NCBI GenBank assembly: GCA_965223505.1
Contig: CBDCWP010000039.1
Span: 304,523 to 368,522, forward strand
From: Planctomycetota bacterium
GTDB lineage: Bacteria > Planctomycetota > PLA2 > JAEUHO01
Direction: 5' to 3'
Length of the DNA: 64,000 nucleotides
Shown here: positions 1 through 8,019 of the stretch, in pieces
Layout of the letters: each line of letters opens with the position of its first letter
Position numbering within the stretch: the first letter of the stretch is position 1
Made by a program: the position numbers and the translations under genes
The notes under the pieces: generated by a model
What the model was told of the DNA's origin: nothing
What the model saw: the letters and a program-made list of their open reading frames with translations, nothing else
Database searches by the model: none

Positions 1-33
1 GAACTGCGAAACCAGTTCGCAGCGACGTAGGCC

Positions 34-969
34 TTGGCCATCCGCCTCCATCAGGGCCGGGACGGACTCACGCCGTCGGCGTTTCGCAAGCCCGTCGTGA
101 CGATCGGCATGTTCGACGGCATCCACCGCGGACACCGGCACGTGCTCGAGCATCTGCGCTCGTTCGCCGACGGGCTCGACGGCGAAGCGGTCGTGGTCAC
201 GTTCGACACGCACCCGATGGCCGTGATCGCCGACGCGCCGCCCCGGCGCATCCTCTCCGACCGGCACCGCATGCTGCTGATGGAGCGCCTCGGCGTCGAC
301 GCGATGGTGCTACTGCCGTTCGACGAGCCGACGCGCAATACGACCTACGACGACTTCGTGCGCGAGATCCTCGTCGACGGCATCGGGATCGAGGGGCTGC
401 TGTTCGGCTACAACAGCAACTTCGGCTTCGAGGGCAAGGGCACGCCCAACTCGGTCGCGCCGTTGGCGGCGGCGCACGGCTTCCAGGTCGTCGAAGCGCC
501 GGCGATCTCACTCCATGGCCGGCCGATCTCGAGCAGTCGCATCCGGAATGCGATCGAGGACGGTGAGCTGGCGGTGGCCGCGGAGATGCTCGGTCGCCCA
601 CCGGCGTTGTACGGCGTCGTCGTCAAGGGCGACGGACGCGGCCGGACGTTGGGCTTTCCGACGGCCAACGTCGATCTCGAGGGCGAGCTCATGCCGCCGT
701 CGGGTGTGTACCAGGTGATTGCCGACGTTCGCGGTCAGCGCTACGCCGCGGTTGCCAACATCGGTGTTCGGCCGACGTTCGATCCGGACGGCAACGCGGG
801 GCCGTCGACGCCGGTGCTCGAGGTGCACATACCCAATCTGGACTTCGAGTTCTACGACGAGCGGATCGAGGTGGAGCTGGTGCGGAAGATCCGCGACGAG
901 CGCAAATTCCCGTCGAAGGAGGCGTTGGTGGCGCAGATCGAGGAGGACGTGGCGTCGTTGGGCCTGTGA
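34..969 (+). CDS. ribF: Bifunctional riboflavin kinase / FAD synthetase
   Basis: TIGMFDGIHRGH, ISSSRIR, GRTLGFPTAN, NIGVRPTF and IRDERKF motifs. Confidence 0.97.
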   Translation: MAIRLHQGRDGLTPSAFRKPVVTIGMFDGIHRGHRHVLEHLRSFADGLDGEAVVVTFDTHPMAVIADAPPRRILSDRHRMLLMERLGVDAMVLLPFDEPTRNTTYDDFVREILVDGIGIEGLLFGYNSNFGFEGKGTPNSVAPLAAAHGFQVVEAPAISLHGRPISSSRIRNAIEDGELAVAAEMLGRPPALYGVVVKGDGRGRTLGFPTANVDLEGELMPPSGVYQVIADVRGQRYAAVANIGVRPTFDPDGNAGPSTPVLEVHIPNLDFEFYDERIEVELVRKIRDERKFPSKEALVAQIEEDVASLGL

Positions 970-1054
970 GGTCCGATCGCCCCGAACGACGGCGCGAAAA
1001 TCCCTTGCCGGGCCCCAGTCTCCGGGTTCCCATCCTTCCCGACAGTCGCAGCGT

Positions 1055-1130
1055 GGCCAGATAGCTCAGCTGGTAGAGCACCTGACTGAAAATCAGGGGG
1101 TCGGCGATTCGAGTTCGCCTCTGGCCACCA
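1055..1130 (+). tRNA. tRNA-Phe (GAA)
   Basis: 76-nt cloverleaf: GGCCAGA/TCTGGCC acceptor stem, CCTGA-CTGAAAA-TCAGG anticodon arm, TTCGAGT T-loop, encoded CCA. Confidence 0.97.
1086..1130 (+). repeat. attL, 45-bp direct repeat (3' half of tRNA-Phe from the anticodon loop)
   Basis: Identical to 10878-10922. Confidence 0.95.
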
Positions 1131-1175
1131 TTTACTAGCCGTTTGCGGATGATTCGGCCTTCTAGCCGAACCCAC

Positions 1176-1197
1176 TGCCCTCACATTTGCCCTCACA
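1176..1197 (+). promoter_or_regulatory. Putative integrase arm-binding sites (TGCCCTCACA x2)
   Basis: Direct repeats at 1176-1185 and 1188-1197; the same motif recurs near attR. Confidence 0.7.
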
Positions 1198-1229
1198 ATC
1201 GGCGTTTCCTGTGTACGATCCGGGCCGTC

Positions 1230-2258
1230 GTGGCAACCGTGAAGATCCGTCGCCGAGGCAAGCGCGGGGTGTTTCACCTCGAATGGAGGTACGGCGGACG
1301 CGGAAGTCGATGGGGATCAAAGTCCCTAAAGACGACCGATCCGACGATTGCGGAGCAGCTCAAGCAGGACTTCATCGAGAGCCTGCCTCCGAGCATGACG
1401 GGGATGAAGCCGGCCGAGGCCCTTGACGGGTTCCTGGACCATCTGACGTTCCTCAAGCGCCGGCCCAGGACCATCGAGTTCTACGAGGGCCTCCTCCGCC
1501 CTCTGTTCGACCGCTGGGGCACGACGCCGCTTCAGAAGTGGACCAGGGCACGCCTGGGGGCCTACGTGCGCCGGCGCACGAACTGGTCGGCTCGGACGAC
1601 GCAGATGTTCCTGAACGCCTGCAGGTACTTCTATCGGTGGTGTGAGGACGAGGGGATCCGCTGCGCGGACTTCGTCGGGCGCCTCAAGGGGCCGCCTGTT
1701 CGTCGGGCAGAGCGACAGACGCTCACCGCCGAGCAGATCCAAGACCTCCTGGAGCACTGCCACGGGCACTACCTCGAGTTGCCGATCGCGCTGGCGGCCT
1801 ACGCGGGCCTGTCCAGAGCAGACATTCGTTCGCTCAAATGGTCGCACGTCGATCTCAAGGCCGGCCGAATCGCGAAGCCGCGCTCGAAGACGCGGACCAA
1901 GATCCGCACGCCGATCATTCCTCAGTTGCTGAAGATCCTGAGCCGGCGACGGGCGCTGTCCGGTCCGGTCTGCAGGGACCTCCCTGCATCCGACTCGTCG
2001 CTGCTCAAGGCGCTGCATCGGCAGCTCGCGGCCTCCGGCATTCCGCCGGCACCACGCGGGCACAATGGCTGGCACCGGTTCCGGCACTCCGTGGCGACAA
2101 TTCTCGGGCAGCTCCGCGTTCCTATTCCTGTGATAGGGCTGATTCTGAGCCACACACCGGGGAGCACAGTCACGCTCGAGTATGTCCATGCCGACGAGGG
2201 CCAGGTCCGCGACGCGATGGAGGCGTACTCGAACGAACTTCGGCGCGTCGCAACCTGA
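1230..2258 (+). CDS. Tyrosine recombinase / phage-type integrase
   Basis: GLSRADI box I, HRFRHS (HxxR), LSH and C-terminal Tyr (EYVH); probable GTG start at 1230 (ORF open from 1143). Confidence 0.92.
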   Translation: MATVKIRRRGKRGVFHLEWRYGGRGSRWGSKSLKTTDPTIAEQLKQDFIESLPPSMTGMKPAEALDGFLDHLTFLKRRPRTIEFYEGLLRPLFDRWGTTPLQKWTRARLGAYVRRRTNWSARTTQMFLNACRYFYRWCEDEGIRCADFVGRLKGPPVRRAERQTLTAEQIQDLLEHCHGHYLELPIALAAYAGLSRADIRSLKWSHVDLKAGRIAKPRSKTRTKIRTPIIPQLLKILSRRRALSGPVCRDLPASDSSLLKALHRQLAASGIPPAPRGHNGWHRFRHSVATILGQLRVPIPVIGLILSHTPGSTVTLEYVHADEGQVRDAMEAYSNELRRVAT

Positions 2259-2259
2259 C

Positions 2260-3010
2260 GATTGAGCGGCAGCTTTCGACGACCGTCTTTCCCGCCGCCG
2301 TTCGTGGGCAGCCACGCCCCTGCTGAGTCCGGCGTGTGCTTTCGCAAGGCCACCGAATTTCCGGGTCCGTACCTATTCGTCCTCTCCTGATCGGTCAGAT
2401 GGGATGTCACTTACTAGGGACCGCTCTGTTGTCGTTGCTCGAACGGCCGACTTGCGCTTGGTGCGTCAGCCGAAGAACGCCCGGGGAACAGTTGTGCCCC
2501 CCGGGCGAGTGCGGGAAACCACCTGTCGAACGTTCGTTCTGGGGGATGTCCGAGGTAGTACCAGCGGCCACCTCTCATCATAGGAGCGCGCGCGAGTACC
2601 ACTACCGAGTCGAAGGCCACACATTGCGGATCGCATTCGTCCGGAAGTTCGACACCGCTCATGCGCTGATCGGTATTGCTTCGGTCGTCGTCGCTCATCG
2701 ATACACTCGACTCGTCGCGCCAGTGGTCTCTCGAACTCGTTCGAGCTTCCCAGGTGTTTGTGTTGCAACTTCTCTTGGAGAAACGGCCGCTGGCGCGGCA
2801 CTTGCTTAGGACTTCCATTCCGAATTCGCTGTTGACGAACCTACTGGACTGGCTAGGTTCGTAGTTGCAACACAAACACCGCTTGTGGGGAGCAGAGACG
2901 TTCGAGGGGGACCAGGCTTCTCTTCGCGGCGCTTCTTCCGCCAGCGGCCAAAAAGGGCACTCCTTGTGTCCATTAGATGAACGACGCCGCGAATTCGCGC
3001 ATCGGGTGCG
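2260..3010 (+). ncRNA. Candidate large structured non-coding RNA or leader
   Basis: No convincing ORF; 18-bp perfect inverted repeat 2753-2770/2863-2880 plus many nested helices whose G-U pairs work on the + strand; boundaries approximate. Confidence 0.5.
2832..2859 (+). promoter_or_regulatory. Possible sigma70 promoter TTGACG-N16-TAGGTT overlapped by a 9-bp inverted repeat
   Basis: Motif match; ACGAACCTA 2835-2843 / TAGGTTCGT 2854-2862. Confidence 0.35.
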
Positions 3011-3028
3011 TTGGAGGAGAACGACGCC

Positions 3029-3361
3029 ATGCTTGTTGGAACCACGATGTACAAGATGGACGGGACGCCGTACTACAGTCCCGAGTTCCCCCGGGGAGGT
3101 CTTGCGGCGACGTTTGCCGTTGACGTGACCCAGATCGCCGGCACTCCGTCGGTTGTAATCACTGTCGCGCATCGAAACGCCGAAGACACGTCGTTCACAG
3201 ACGCGGGTGCGTTCTCAGCGATCACTGCCGCGGGCGACTACCAAAAGGACCTAACTGGTCTCAAGGAGATCGTTCGCTTCCGATACGACTTTGATGCCAG
3301 CGACAACGCGTCGGACGGGATGCACTTCCTTATGCAGGCGCCCAGCTGGCGTCCGTACTAG
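3029..3361 (+). CDS. Small beta-rich (jelly-roll-like) protein, paralog 1 (110 aa)
   Basis: GGAGGAG RBS; shares YYSPEFPRGGLAATF, HRN.EDT, TGLKE.VR and QAPSWRPY with the next ORF. Confidence 0.85.
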   Translation: MLVGTTMYKMDGTPYYSPEFPRGGLAATFAVDVTQIAGTPSVVITVAHRNAEDTSFTDAGAFSAITAAGDYQKDLTGLKEIVRFRYDFDASDNASDGMHFLMQAPSWRPY

Positions 3362-3386
3362 CAGCTTCCAAGAAGGGAGATGACCC

Positions 3387-3722
3387 ATGATTGTGGGCAC
3401 CACGATTCAGCGCCTTGACGGCAATACGTACTACAGCCCTGAGTTTCCGAGGGGAGGACTGGCGGCGACGTTTGTCGTTGACGTGACGCAGTTGGTCCTG
3501 TCGAGCGGGTCGCTCAGCGTGATCGTTGAGCATCGCAATGAGGAGGATACGACTTGGTCGACGGCGGGCACCTTCACTGCCATCACGGCGGTGGGCGCAG
3601 CAAGTCTCGACGTGACGGGCCTGAAGGAGGTTGTTCGCCTAGCTTTCGGCTTCGTCACGACAACGACCACGACCGATGCTGCGCACTTGTTGGTCCAGGC
3701 TCCGAGTTGGAGGCCGTACTAG
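3387..3722 (+). CDS. Small beta-rich (jelly-roll-like) protein, paralog 2 (111 aa)
   Basis: AAGGGAG RBS; clear paralog of 3029-3361. Confidence 0.85.
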   Translation: MIVGTTIQRLDGNTYYSPEFPRGGLAATFVVDVTQLVLSSGSLSVIVEHRNEEDTTWSTAGTFTAITAVGAASLDVTGLKEVVRLAFGFVTTTTTTDAAHLLVQAPSWRPY

Positions 3723-3747
3723 CCCAGGCGCGCTAGAGGAGGACCTA

Positions 3748-5024
3748 ATGGCGTGTTGCGCCCAATGCGATGGCGGGCTCCAGGCTCACGAACACCAGGC
3801 GGCTGCTCTTCGATGGGGCGTGTCGTTCGCCGACGCAGGGCCCTCTGCTGACCCGTTCTTCAGGGCGGCGTCAGTCGGGGACCTTGTAGCGAAGGCAGTG
3901 CCGCGAGGGGGCAACTCCTGGCCCCGCCGGGATGTTCATAGCGGGCTGATGACCTACTACTTGGACTACTCCGACGGCGGGTCGGGAACCACCTCTCCGA
4001 ATTCGGCCCGTCTTGACGAGTTGGGTGAGTTCGCCTGTATGCACGAGAAGAAGATGACGATGAGCTTCCTTGGTTGGACCAAGGGGACGACGAAGAAGAG
4101 CCTTGGGACTTGAAGGACGAGGACAAGCCCGAGGAAGTTGCACAGTGCTGTTGCAAGGTGCAGTACGCCCACATACGGGTCATGAAGAACGAGGAAGAGA
4201 GGGGCTAGTTCCGCCTGTATGCACGAGAAGAAGATGACGATGAGCTTCCTTGGTTGGACCAAGGGGACGACGAAGAAGAGCCTTGGGACTTGAAGGACGA
4301 GGACAAGCCCGAGGAAGTTGCACAGTGCTGTTGCAAGGTGCAGTACGCCCACATACGGGTCATGAAGAACGAGGAAGAGAGGGGCTACGCTCGATCGAGA
4401 TTCAGGGTAAAAGTGAGGATGTCGTACAAGCCAGGCGACGAGAACCCGGACAAGTGCTCTCTCGTCTGGGAGGAGCGTACTTCGAGGACGTACCACGTCC
4501 CGCCTCGTACCACTGATGGTGCCATCACGGCGACTCCTCCGGAGGACGAGATTGAGGTGCCCCAGGGGCCGACGCAGCCGGGCGCAATCGAGCCCGACCT
4601 TACTCCTGAGTGGGTCGATGTGAGCAAGCAGGCGCGCAAGACACCCGGATGGAAGAACCCTGGCGCTGGCGTTGCAGACGAGCCCAGCTGGAATGATCGA
4701 CTGCCGACGAGCGGCTGCCCCGAGCGCGTCATTTGGCGGAAACTTGACGAGCCGGGCGCGCCAAAGAAGGGGTGGCCGCGAACGCTTCAGGTGAAGATCA
4801 CGATCAAGAATGGGGCAAGCTGCGCCGCGTCGACGGTCCTGAAGTTCCGGCAGCACATTAACGGTCAGGGCCGGGTCACGACTGACCCATCGCATACGAG
4901 TGGAAATTGGCGAAACCCAGGCGTCATTTCTGTCGAGCCGGGCACCGAACAGCCCGACCCCGAGGGCTGGCTGGAGCCAAAGGCGGGGGACAAGGATGCG
5001 AAACCGAAGGATGACGGGAAGTAG
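3748..5024 (+). pseudogene. Cys-rich/acidic protein split by a tandem duplication and 1-bp indel (365 aa if repaired)
   Basis: GAGGAGG RBS and MACCAQC start; removing 4028-4206 joins ORF 3748 in frame to ORF 4254-5024. Confidence 0.7.
4032..4387 (+). repeat. Tandem duplication, period 180 bp (176-bp identical copies 4032-4207 and 4212-4387)
   Basis: Direct sequence identity. Confidence 0.95.
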
Positions 5025-5083
5025 CGAGGATTCCCTTGTTGGGTCAGTGCTACCGGGCGACGATTCGGCAGGGAGGCGTGCGT

Positions 5084-5677
5084 ATGCACCGATGCGGGAT
5101 ACTAGTGAGCCTCAGTTTCCTCCTGTCCAGCACCGTAGCTGGTTGCGGAGACTCGGGGGACGGGGGGGGGGCGCGCGCATCGGTGCATCCCGCGGGCATG
5201 GGCCTCATCTTCGACGGGATTGTCGACCTCGAGAAGACGGCTGAGCCCTACCGTTGCGAGCTTTCTCTTGGCGTCTACGAGGATGCCAATGACCGGCCTT
5301 TACGCATCGCATTCTACAGCGACTCCGGAACACAGGTGGCCGCTTGGGACGTGACCTGGTACGACGCTTTCGTAATTCGCGACAGCGTCTTGTATCGGGC
5401 GACCCTGCAGTTCCCGTGGGGTCCTGCGCGGAGTGGCAATGTCCTGGCGGCCCTCGATCTACGTCGGAATGGCGCAGAGTTGTGGAGTACGCGAATTCCG
5501 GTCCCAGCAGGGGCGTTAGCGGAGGGTCGGGTCCGTGGGGCAACGGTCCGGTTCGAGTTTGACTCCGCCGGCGGCCTGTTGCTTGTTGTCCAGGGAGATG
5601 ATGGACCGGCGGTTCCGTACGCTGTCGAGCGCACGACTGGGGCGCTGAGCGAGCCGTCCCTCCTAAGTGACTCCTAG
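5084..5677 (+). CDS. Hypothetical lipoprotein (immunity-like gene position)
   Basis: GGAGG RBS, hydrophobic signal ending VAGC, beta-rich body. Confidence 0.75.
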   Translation: MHRCGILVSLSFLLSSTVAGCGDSGDGGGARASVHPAGMGLIFDGIVDLEKTAEPYRCELSLGVYEDANDRPLRIAFYSDSGTQVAAWDVTWYDAFVIRDSVLYRATLQFPWGPARSGNVLAALDLRRNGAELWSTRIPVPAGALAEGRVRGATVRFEFDSAGGLLLVVQGDDGPAVPYAVERTTGALSEPSLLSDS

Positions 5678-5711
5678 GTAGGCAGCACGTGCTCCGGAGG
5701 AGCCTGACCTC

Positions 5712-5981
5712 CTAGGCGACGTCGCTATGAGCATTCGCCCTCTCGGGAGGAACGCTGCTGTCTCGAACTCTGACGGTCACCTGTGTGCCCGGAGCCGTTC
5801 CGATCGGAACCGTCGCGTTTGCGGCGCTGCCTGACTGGTGTGGGGTTACGGAGGCGCCAGGAGGGTTGACCGGGGGCGGAGGAACCTCGAAGTCATATGG
5901 GGGATTCCCACCCGATACGGTGACCTCGAAACCCTGCAAAGGGTCGAAGGGATCCGGGTCAACTGTGACGACCAACGGCAT
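5712..5981 (-). CDS. Small single Ig-like (He_PIG-type) domain protein (89 aa)
   Basis: GAGGAGG RBS; VSGGNPPYDF and VTVRVRDSS patterns. Confidence 0.65.
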   Translation of the reverse strand: MPLVVTVDPDPFDPLQGFEVTVSGGNPPYDFEVPPPPVNPPGASVTPHQSGSAANATVPIGTAPGTQVTVRVRDSSVPPERANAHSDVA

Positions 5982-6033
5982 TCGCACCTCCTCTTCAAGG
6001 TGCTATATCACGCCGTTCTTGCCTCCCAAGTTT

Positions 6034-6495
6034 CTACTGTCGCTCAATGGTCGAGATGAGCGCTTCGGCTCGCTTTCGTGCGTCCCCTGATGAGCCGTCG
6101 CGGATCGCCTTGATGGAACGTAGGTGCATCGGGTCGGCGAGGTCCTCCAAGATCGTGAGTATCTCGTCCACGCGACTCCCGCTCTTCGACTCCATGTCCC
6201 AATGCACTAGATTGGCGACCAGGGCGGCGCGGCGAGCTCCATTGGTCTGACGAACCGCCTTGATCAACGTTGGCCGACACGAGACCCAATCACCCTCGCG
6301 AACCACTCGAGCGGCAAGTCCTGCTGCGTTGTCATTCGCGCCTGTGAGAGCGGCTTCCCACCTTTCGCGTGCTTGCGAGTCATCACCGCTTCGCATCATC
6401 AGCCGGGCGTAGATCATCTGCTGCCAGGCATCCCCTGCGTCTTCCTCCAGTCGGCTCGACGCGAAGACAATCGCATCCTTGCCAGGTTGGATCAT
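6034..6495 (-). CDS. Helical/HEAT-like hypothetical protein, probably 5'-truncated
   Basis: Amphipathic helical pattern, weak RBS, abuts the transposon end. Confidence 0.5.
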   Translation of the reverse strand: MIQPGKDAIVFASSRLEEDAGDAWQQMIYARLMMRSGDDSQARERWEAALTGANDNAAGLAARVVREGDWVSCRPTLIKAVRQTNGARRAALVANLVHWDMESKSGSRVDEILTILEDLADPMHLRSIKAIRDGSSGDARKRAEALISTIERQ

Positions 6496-6520
6496 CCCCG
6501 AGAGATAGCGCTTGTGTCCC

Positions 6521-7627
6521 CTACGCGTTAGGCCGCGTCCGCCAAGCGGAAACTAGTGTTGATAAGCGCCCTCTCCGGAACTGTAGATAGCCGTGCTTGC
6601 AGAGCGTTCTCTGCGTCGCGCTGCGGTCGATTGACGCGCGCTCGATGCACGTCGGCATTCTAGCGTTTCTTTCCTTGAATGTCTTGAGCGCGGCATCGGT
6701 CTCGAACTTCAGATCGTGCTCAAATGCCGTTCTCTCTTGCCTCGTGATCGGCCGGCGGTCTTCAAGAGCCTCCGCCGGCGTCGGCCCAGTCGCACCCCAT
6801 GGCCTCGCCGTCGTATTCGCAACGAGCAAGGCGTCGTCGAGGTTTTGAGGTAGCCAGATGCGGGGATGTCCTTCCATCTGCGCGATGTGCTGTACACGTC
6901 GCTTGAAGTTCCCGCCGCTGCGCTCGCACGCGCCGTTGTAGGCGGGCGTGTACGGCGGCGACGTGAGTGGCGTGATGCCGTGCTCCTCGAGCAACGCGGC
7001 CGTCTGTTCCGAGCGAAACGCGCCCGCGTTGTCCTTCTTCAGAATCAGCGGCGCTCCGAACAGCGTGATCAAAGCGAGCAGCGCCGCGCACACAGTCTTC
7101 GTCTTCTCGCCCCGGCAGGCTACGGCCGCCAGCTGCGCTCCGCTTCCGAGATCGCGAACCAGGAACAGTCGATCCTTGCCCTGCCAGAGGCCAGCCTTGG
7201 GCCTGGTGAAGTCCGCCGCCCACACCGCCCCGGAACGAACCCACTCTAGCCGCTTGCGATACCAGCGCCATCGACGCAGCGCCACCCGTAGCAGGCGCCT
7301 CTTCATCTCTGAAAGCACGCGATACGGTACGTCGCTGAACATGCCCCGAAGTACGGCCACACCCGAGAACGGCCCCAGCTTGAACATCGCATGCAGCACC
7401 TTCTGCCGCTTCGCTCGTGGTACGTCATCGGCCTTGCGGCCACGCTTCTCGTACACCGGCTTGCCCTGGCGAACGCGAAGCTCCCAACGCCTGATCGTTC
7501 GCTCGGCCACGCCAAGGACTCGCGCCAGGTAGGCGCGTGTTTCCTTGTCCCAGCCACTTCGCCGCATCACCTCCACGGCCTGAAGCCGGAACTTCACCTG
7601 CTCCTCGTACGACATCTTCTCGCTCAT
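6521..7627 (-). CDS. DDE (rve / integrase core) transposase 2 with N-terminal HTH (368 aa)
   Basis: WAADFT, LKKDNAGAF, YNGACER; GGAGG RBS; ATGA overlap with the upstream HTH gene. Confidence 0.88.
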   Translation of the reverse strand: MSEKMSYEEQVKFRLQAVEVMRRSGWDKETRAYLARVLGVAERTIRRWELRVRQGKPVYEKRGRKADDVPRAKRQKVLHAMFKLGPFSGVAVLRGMFSDVPYRVLSEMKRRLLRVALRRWRWYRKRLEWVRSGAVWAADFTRPKAGLWQGKDRLFLVRDLGSGAQLAAVACRGEKTKTVCAALLALITLFGAPLILKKDNAGAFRSEQTAALLEEHGITPLTSPPYTPAYNGACERSGGNFKRRVQHIAQMEGHPRIWLPQNLDDALLVANTTARPWGATGPTPAEALEDRRPITRQERTAFEHDLKFETDAALKTFKERNARMPTCIERASIDRSATQRTLCKHGYLQFRRGRLSTLVSAWRTRPNA

Positions 7628-8019
7628 CGCTGCCTCCAACCTTCCTGGTGCGCCACATGCAGCGCGTGCCGAACCCGCGGCGCCTCGCCAAGCCCGCAAT
7701 CGAAGATGTCCACCTGCGTGCGCACCACGCGCACTCGGTGCCGTAGCTTCGACACCTCGCGCTCAAGCTCATGATCGTCGTCAGGCAGCACGGCGCGCGG
7801 CCGGCCACAAGCGCCGCCTTCAAGCGCCTCAACGCCGGCCTGCAAGAACCTACGTCGAAGATCCTGGAAGCGCGTTCGGCCGATGCCCAAACGCTCGCAC
7901 GCATCGCCAACGCTCCACTGCCGGCCAAGCGTGAGCAGAATCACCTTCACGCGCTCACGCGCCGTCTCGCTCGCCGACGTGCGCGCCACCAGCGTCGGCA
8001 TCTCGCTTCGCCGTCCCAT
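7624..8019 (-). CDS. HTH domain protein (131 aa)
   Basis: SVGDACERLGIGRTRF HTH, GRPR motif, coiled coil; AAGGA RBS. Confidence 0.8.
   Translation of the reverse strand: MGRRSEMPTLVARTSASETARERVKVILLTLGRQWSVGDACERLGIGRTRFQDLRRRFLQAGVEALEGGACGRPRAVLPDDDHELEREVSKLRHRVRVVRTQVDIFDCGLGEAPRVRHALHVAHQEGWRQR

Noticed and set aside
2260..3010. Retron msr-msd or group II intron
   Set aside because: No reverse transcriptase nearby, and no intron domain V or GUGCG/AY boundaries that I could support.
2336..3172. ORFs 2336-2809 (+) and 2414-3172 (-) as real genes
   Set aside because: No clear RBS or recognisable motif, and the minus ORF overlaps the well-supported 3029 gene. A short minus-strand protein cannot be fully excluded.
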